A stretch of 64,000 bases of DNA from Curvularia clavata (lineage: Eukaryota). The stretch spans positions 1,116,001-1,180,000 of the forward strand of contig CP089278.1 of NCBI GenBank assembly GCA_023920165.1, read 5' to 3'. This document shows, in pieces, positions 60,689 to 64,000 of the stretch. A model generated the notes under the pieces. That model ran no database searches and had not been told where the DNA came from. It worked only from the letters and a program-made list of their open reading frames with translations. Position 1 is the stretch's first letter, and every line of letters starts with the position of its first letter. The position numbers were made by a program, and so were the translations under genes.

Positions 60689-62986
60689 ATGGCGCAGTCA
60701 TCATCATTGAATGTTATCGCGTTAATCTCGGGGGGCAAAGATTCGCTCTTTTCCATCCTCCACTGTCAGGCAAATGGCCACCGCGTCGTAGCATTAGCCA
60801 ACCTGCACCCGAGGCCTTTGGCCAATGGCGACGAACAAGACACAAACAGTTACATGTACCAGACTGTCGGCCATTCCGTCATCCCTCTCTATGAGCAGGC
60901 CCTAGGACTTCCCTTGTATCGGCGGGAAATCACGGGCACTGCAGTGAACTCTAGCAGGGATTACGCGGCGCCTTCTTCACAAAAGCAACAACAAGAACAA
61001 GAACAAGAGCAAGAGCAGGATGAGACTGAAGACTTGGTTCCGCTGCTCACGAGCATTATGCGGGCGCACCCGGAAGCTAATGCCGTATCTACGGGTGCGA
61101 TCCTCAGCACATATCAACGGACACGCGTGGAGTCTGTGGCGCTGAGGCTGGGGCTCACGCCGCTATCGTATCTATGGCAGTATCCGCTATTGCCGCCATA
61201 TACGCAATCATCCCTCTTGCATGACATGTGTGCCGTTGGGCAAGAAGCAATCATCATTAAGACGGCGTCCGGTGGCTTAGACGAGGGCTTTTTGGGCCTC
61301 AATGTCGCTCATCCGGTATCGATTACTCGGTTGGCTAAAGCAATGAGTCGATTTGGTGACGCAGGTGACGGCGCTATACTGGGCGAGGGAGGCGAGTTCG
61401 AGACTCTGGCGCTCAACGGGCCCCGGCCGCTATGGAAAAAGAAGATTCAGATTGACGGCGGGCCGTCGGCCGTGCTGGAGGGCGGGCAGACGGTGCTCAA
61501 GGTCCAAGCGAGTTCGCTTGAGGAGAAGACTGAGGAAGATGAAGGGTCCGCTGGGTGCTTGAGGGTGCCAGAGCTCTTTGACGATGAGTTTGCTAAGCTG
61601 TTGGATACGACAGAGAGTGGTAGCGACAACCAAGACGAGGTTGATGCGGAGGATGGCACTGCACAGGACGCTGTATCCTTAGCAGAACGGCTTCCTCGTA
61701 ACACATGTAGCGACACGGATACAGTGTTTACATACTCGAATATGGCGACCCCCGTCCCGCCGCCTTTGTCTACGCCTTTGTCTATGCCTCCGTGCCAACA
61801 GCTCCACTCGCTTCTCGTCCGCCTCGAGACTGACAAACACCATTATTTCTCCAAAACAAGCATCAACCACTGCACGCTTCTCCTCCGAGACATGGCAGAC
61901 TTTGCTCTCCTAAATCCAATCTACGCCCGGTACTTTAGCCACGTAAACCCTCCTGCCCGAGTCACCATAGCAGTGGGAGATGCGATGCCCACAGGCATCG
62001 ACGTAATGCTTAGCGTAGTCCTAGACAAGAGTGCCAACAACACAGACAGACAGGGTCTCCACGTCCAAGGCAGAAGCTACTGGGCACCCGCCAATATCGG
62101 CCCCTACAGCCAAGCGATATCTGCGCGCCTACCTTGCCCAACAATCACTGGCGAGAACAGTAGTACCAATGTAGGTGCAGAAGTTGTCTATATAGCCGGC
62201 CAAATCCCCCTAGTCCCCGCCTCCATGGAGCCCTACACATCCCACGGCTTCAAAGGCCAAGCCATTCTTTCCCTGCAACACCTCTGGCGCATCGGCCGCG
62301 CAAAAGGCGTGAGGTGGTGGACCGGCGCTGTAGCCTTCATCCCCTCCTCTACCGCCATTGATTCAGATATCCGGCACTGTGTCCGCACTGCGCAGCAAGC
62401 ATGGCGGGAAATCCACATGGCAGCTTTACCCAAAGAAAGCACAGAAGACAGTGATGACGAGGGAGATGACATGGACCCCTGGGATAAACTCAACACTGCT
62501 TCCTCTTTTTCCTCTTTCAAAGACGTTACTTTCCGCGCTCAGATACCAGATTACTCTGTTCTGAGCGAAACCACAGATTCTGAGCCCAAAAGTATGGTCC
62601 CGCCATGCTTCGTCGCTCAAGTAGCTTCCTTGCCGCGCGGGGTAGATATAGAATGGAGTGCTACGGGTCTCGCTATCCCTTCTTCATCTTCACAGAATAT
62701 CCAGTTCACGAGGCACGCGCAGTCACCTTATCTCAGCACGACAACGGTGCATGGTACACGCTCACGGTTTGTGGCGCTCGAGGTACATGGTGAGGAGCGT
62801 GTGGAGGAGAAGTTGGGCCCCTGGAGGACAGCTACGGCTTATGTGAACTGTCATTTGCAGAGCAGCAGCACGCATTTGGAAGGGATTTTGAGCAACGGCG
62901 GCGTGCAGTGGGTTCCTTGTCGGCGGGTATGGGGCCAGGATGGAAGAGAGGTTAGGGCTGTGGTGGTGGGGAGGATAGACGAGTGA
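60689..62986 (+). CDS. DPH6: Diphthine-ammonia ligase with C-terminal YjgF/RidA-like domains
   Basis: ALISGGKDS, SYMYQTVGH, GAILSTYQRTRVE, GEGGEFET, LHVQGRSYWAPANIGPYSQA and AGQIPLVP. Confidence 0.94.
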   Translation: MAQSSSLNVIALISGGKDSLFSILHCQANGHRVVALANLHPRPLANGDEQDTNSYMYQTVGHSVIPLYEQALGLPLYRREITGTAVNSSRDYAAPSSQKQQQEQEQEQEQDETEDLVPLLTSIMRAHPEANAVSTGAILSTYQRTRVESVALRLGLTPLSYLWQYPLLPPYTQSSLLHDMCAVGQEAIIIKTASGGLDEGFLGLNVAHPVSITRLAKAMSRFGDAGDGAILGEGGEFETLALNGPRPLWKKKIQIDGGPSAVLEGGQTVLKVQASSLEEKTEEDEGSAGCLRVPELFDDEFAKLLDTTESGSDNQDEVDAEDGTAQDAVSLAERLPRNTCSDTDTVFTYSNMATPVPPPLSTPLSMPPCQQLHSLLVRLETDKHHYFSKTSINHCTLLLRDMADFALLNPIYARYFSHVNPPARVTIAVGDAMPTGIDVMLSVVLDKSANNTDRQGLHVQGRSYWAPANIGPYSQAISARLPCPTITGENSSTNVGAEVVYIAGQIPLVPASMEPYTSHGFKGQAILSLQHLWRIGRAKGVRWWTGAVAFIPSSTAIDSDIRHCVRTAQQAWREIHMAALPKESTEDSDDEGDDMDPWDKLNTASSFSSFKDVTFRAQIPDYSVLSETTDSEPKSMVPPCFVAQVASLPRGVDIEWSATGLAIPSSSSQNIQFTRHAQSPYLSTTTVHGTRSRFVALEVHGEERVEEKLGPWRTATAYVNCHLQSSSTHLEGILSNGGVQWVPCRRVWGQDGREVRAVVVGRIDE

Positions 62987-63306
62987 GAAACATGATGCAT
63001 GAGATAAATGACTACGAATAAAAGAAGTCCAAGTTTCAAGAGTGTAAAAATCGTGCTTCATATTCCATTCATTCATATCCTTTGTTCGTCTCTATACCAG
63101 ACAAAAAGGCTGACCAAGTAGCTGCCATTACGTAGCAAAACTCATGTCATATACCAAGAACATGCCTAAAACGCCGTGTTTTCGCTCACGTGTATGTGTG
63201 TATATGTATTGTATAGTACAAAAAGAAGAGAGTAATTCCTTTTTAAGCTTACTTTTTTTGGGTTCGTCTCAAGCGTGTCATGCGTCCATCCAGGGTATCA
63301 TGATAT

Positions 63307-64000
63307 CTAGGCAATATTTCCGGCCAGTCCGAGAAAGAGGGCTTGGGCTGCAAGCTGCAGGGTCCAAATGCCCACCTTCTTGATGCGGCGCTTCCGTGTA
63401 GTTCGGTCCTCGAGGACGTCGCGAGCAAAGGCATCGTACATCTGCAAGCGTTAGTGCATGGGTTGCGAAGCGAGGGCATGGACAGCAACTTACCTCCTTC
63501 GATACCTCCTCCATCAGCCCGCTGTCGTACAGTGTCCAGCTTCCGTTAAACTCGCTGACTTTCTTGACAACTCTGCAGTTGACTGGAATAAATGTGCGGC
63601 TCGAATTGATGTAGGCAACAATCGGTCGTACAAGAGCGTTGTTGACGTACGAAATATCCCTCGTAAAGATGGGGACAGCAGCACGAACGTCATTGAGATG
63701 GACGCGCATGTCCATAATCATGTAACGCGAGTCCTCTCCTTGCTCAGCTTTGGCATCTTCATGATGATGTTCATCGAAACCGTGGACTGCATGGTCGGAA
63801 AAGTGGTGCTTGCGCTGTTGGGTAACAGTGGCTTCGACGCGGTCATACATATCAGACATGACTTTAGCAATGCTGTCGTCATTGTCGTTGGGGAACATGA
63901 CATCTGCGACAATATCGACGTTGCCCTCATGGATCCAGGAAAATGGGCCCTCGTAACCGCGGTTGAGATGGTCGATGTTGAGCCCGTCAATGCGTATCCG
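63307..64000 (-). CDS. MDM31: Mitochondrial distribution and morphology protein Mdm31, 3' part; intron 63493-63442
   Basis: Reads RIDGLNIDHLNRGYEGPFSWIHEGNVDIVADVMFP...LNDVRAAVPIFT...NNALVRPIVAYIN...GSWTLYDSGL...E|MYDAFA...KKVGIWTLQLAAQ. Confidence 0.9.

Noticed and set aside
60982..61020. CAAGAR repeat in DPH6 as a distinct element
   Set aside because: It is an in-frame slippage repeat encoding a Q/E linker in a variable loop, which is ordinary.

Overview
Gene-dense, intron-containing fungal genomic DNA. It is a filamentous ascomycete, and the protein style suggests a Dothideomycete/Pleosporales, which is an inference. About 24 protein-coding genes were reconstructed by hand with splice sites: IRE1 (5' part, missed by the ORF track), CCT2, SAD1, UTP13, a conserved hypothetical membrane protein, a KipA/Kip2-type kinesin, a FUT8/NodZ(GT23)-like membrane protein, a GST-kappa/DsbA protein, a three-gene mycosporine (UV-sunscreen) cluster (ATP-grasp ligase, O-methyltransferase, DDG synthase), three 20S proteasome beta subunits (PRE1, PRE7, PRE4) interleaved with enolase and an HCNGP-like gene, an NAD-dependent epimerase, a DHA1 MFS transporter, serine dehydratase, RAM2, a small membrane protein, a HIRAN-SNF2-RING helicase, an MsnA/Seb1 C2H2 factor behind a ~7 kb intergenic region, DPH6, and the 3' part of MDM31. 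No transposon, tRNA, rRNA or CRISPR was recognised. The most notable observations are the mycosporine cluster lacking a MysD/NRPS partner, a shared bipartite promoter element (GGAGCTT-N13/14-TCTTGGC) upstream of all three clustered proteasome genes, and the GT23-like glycosyltransferase of unknown donor. All product calls come from motif recognition, not database searches.
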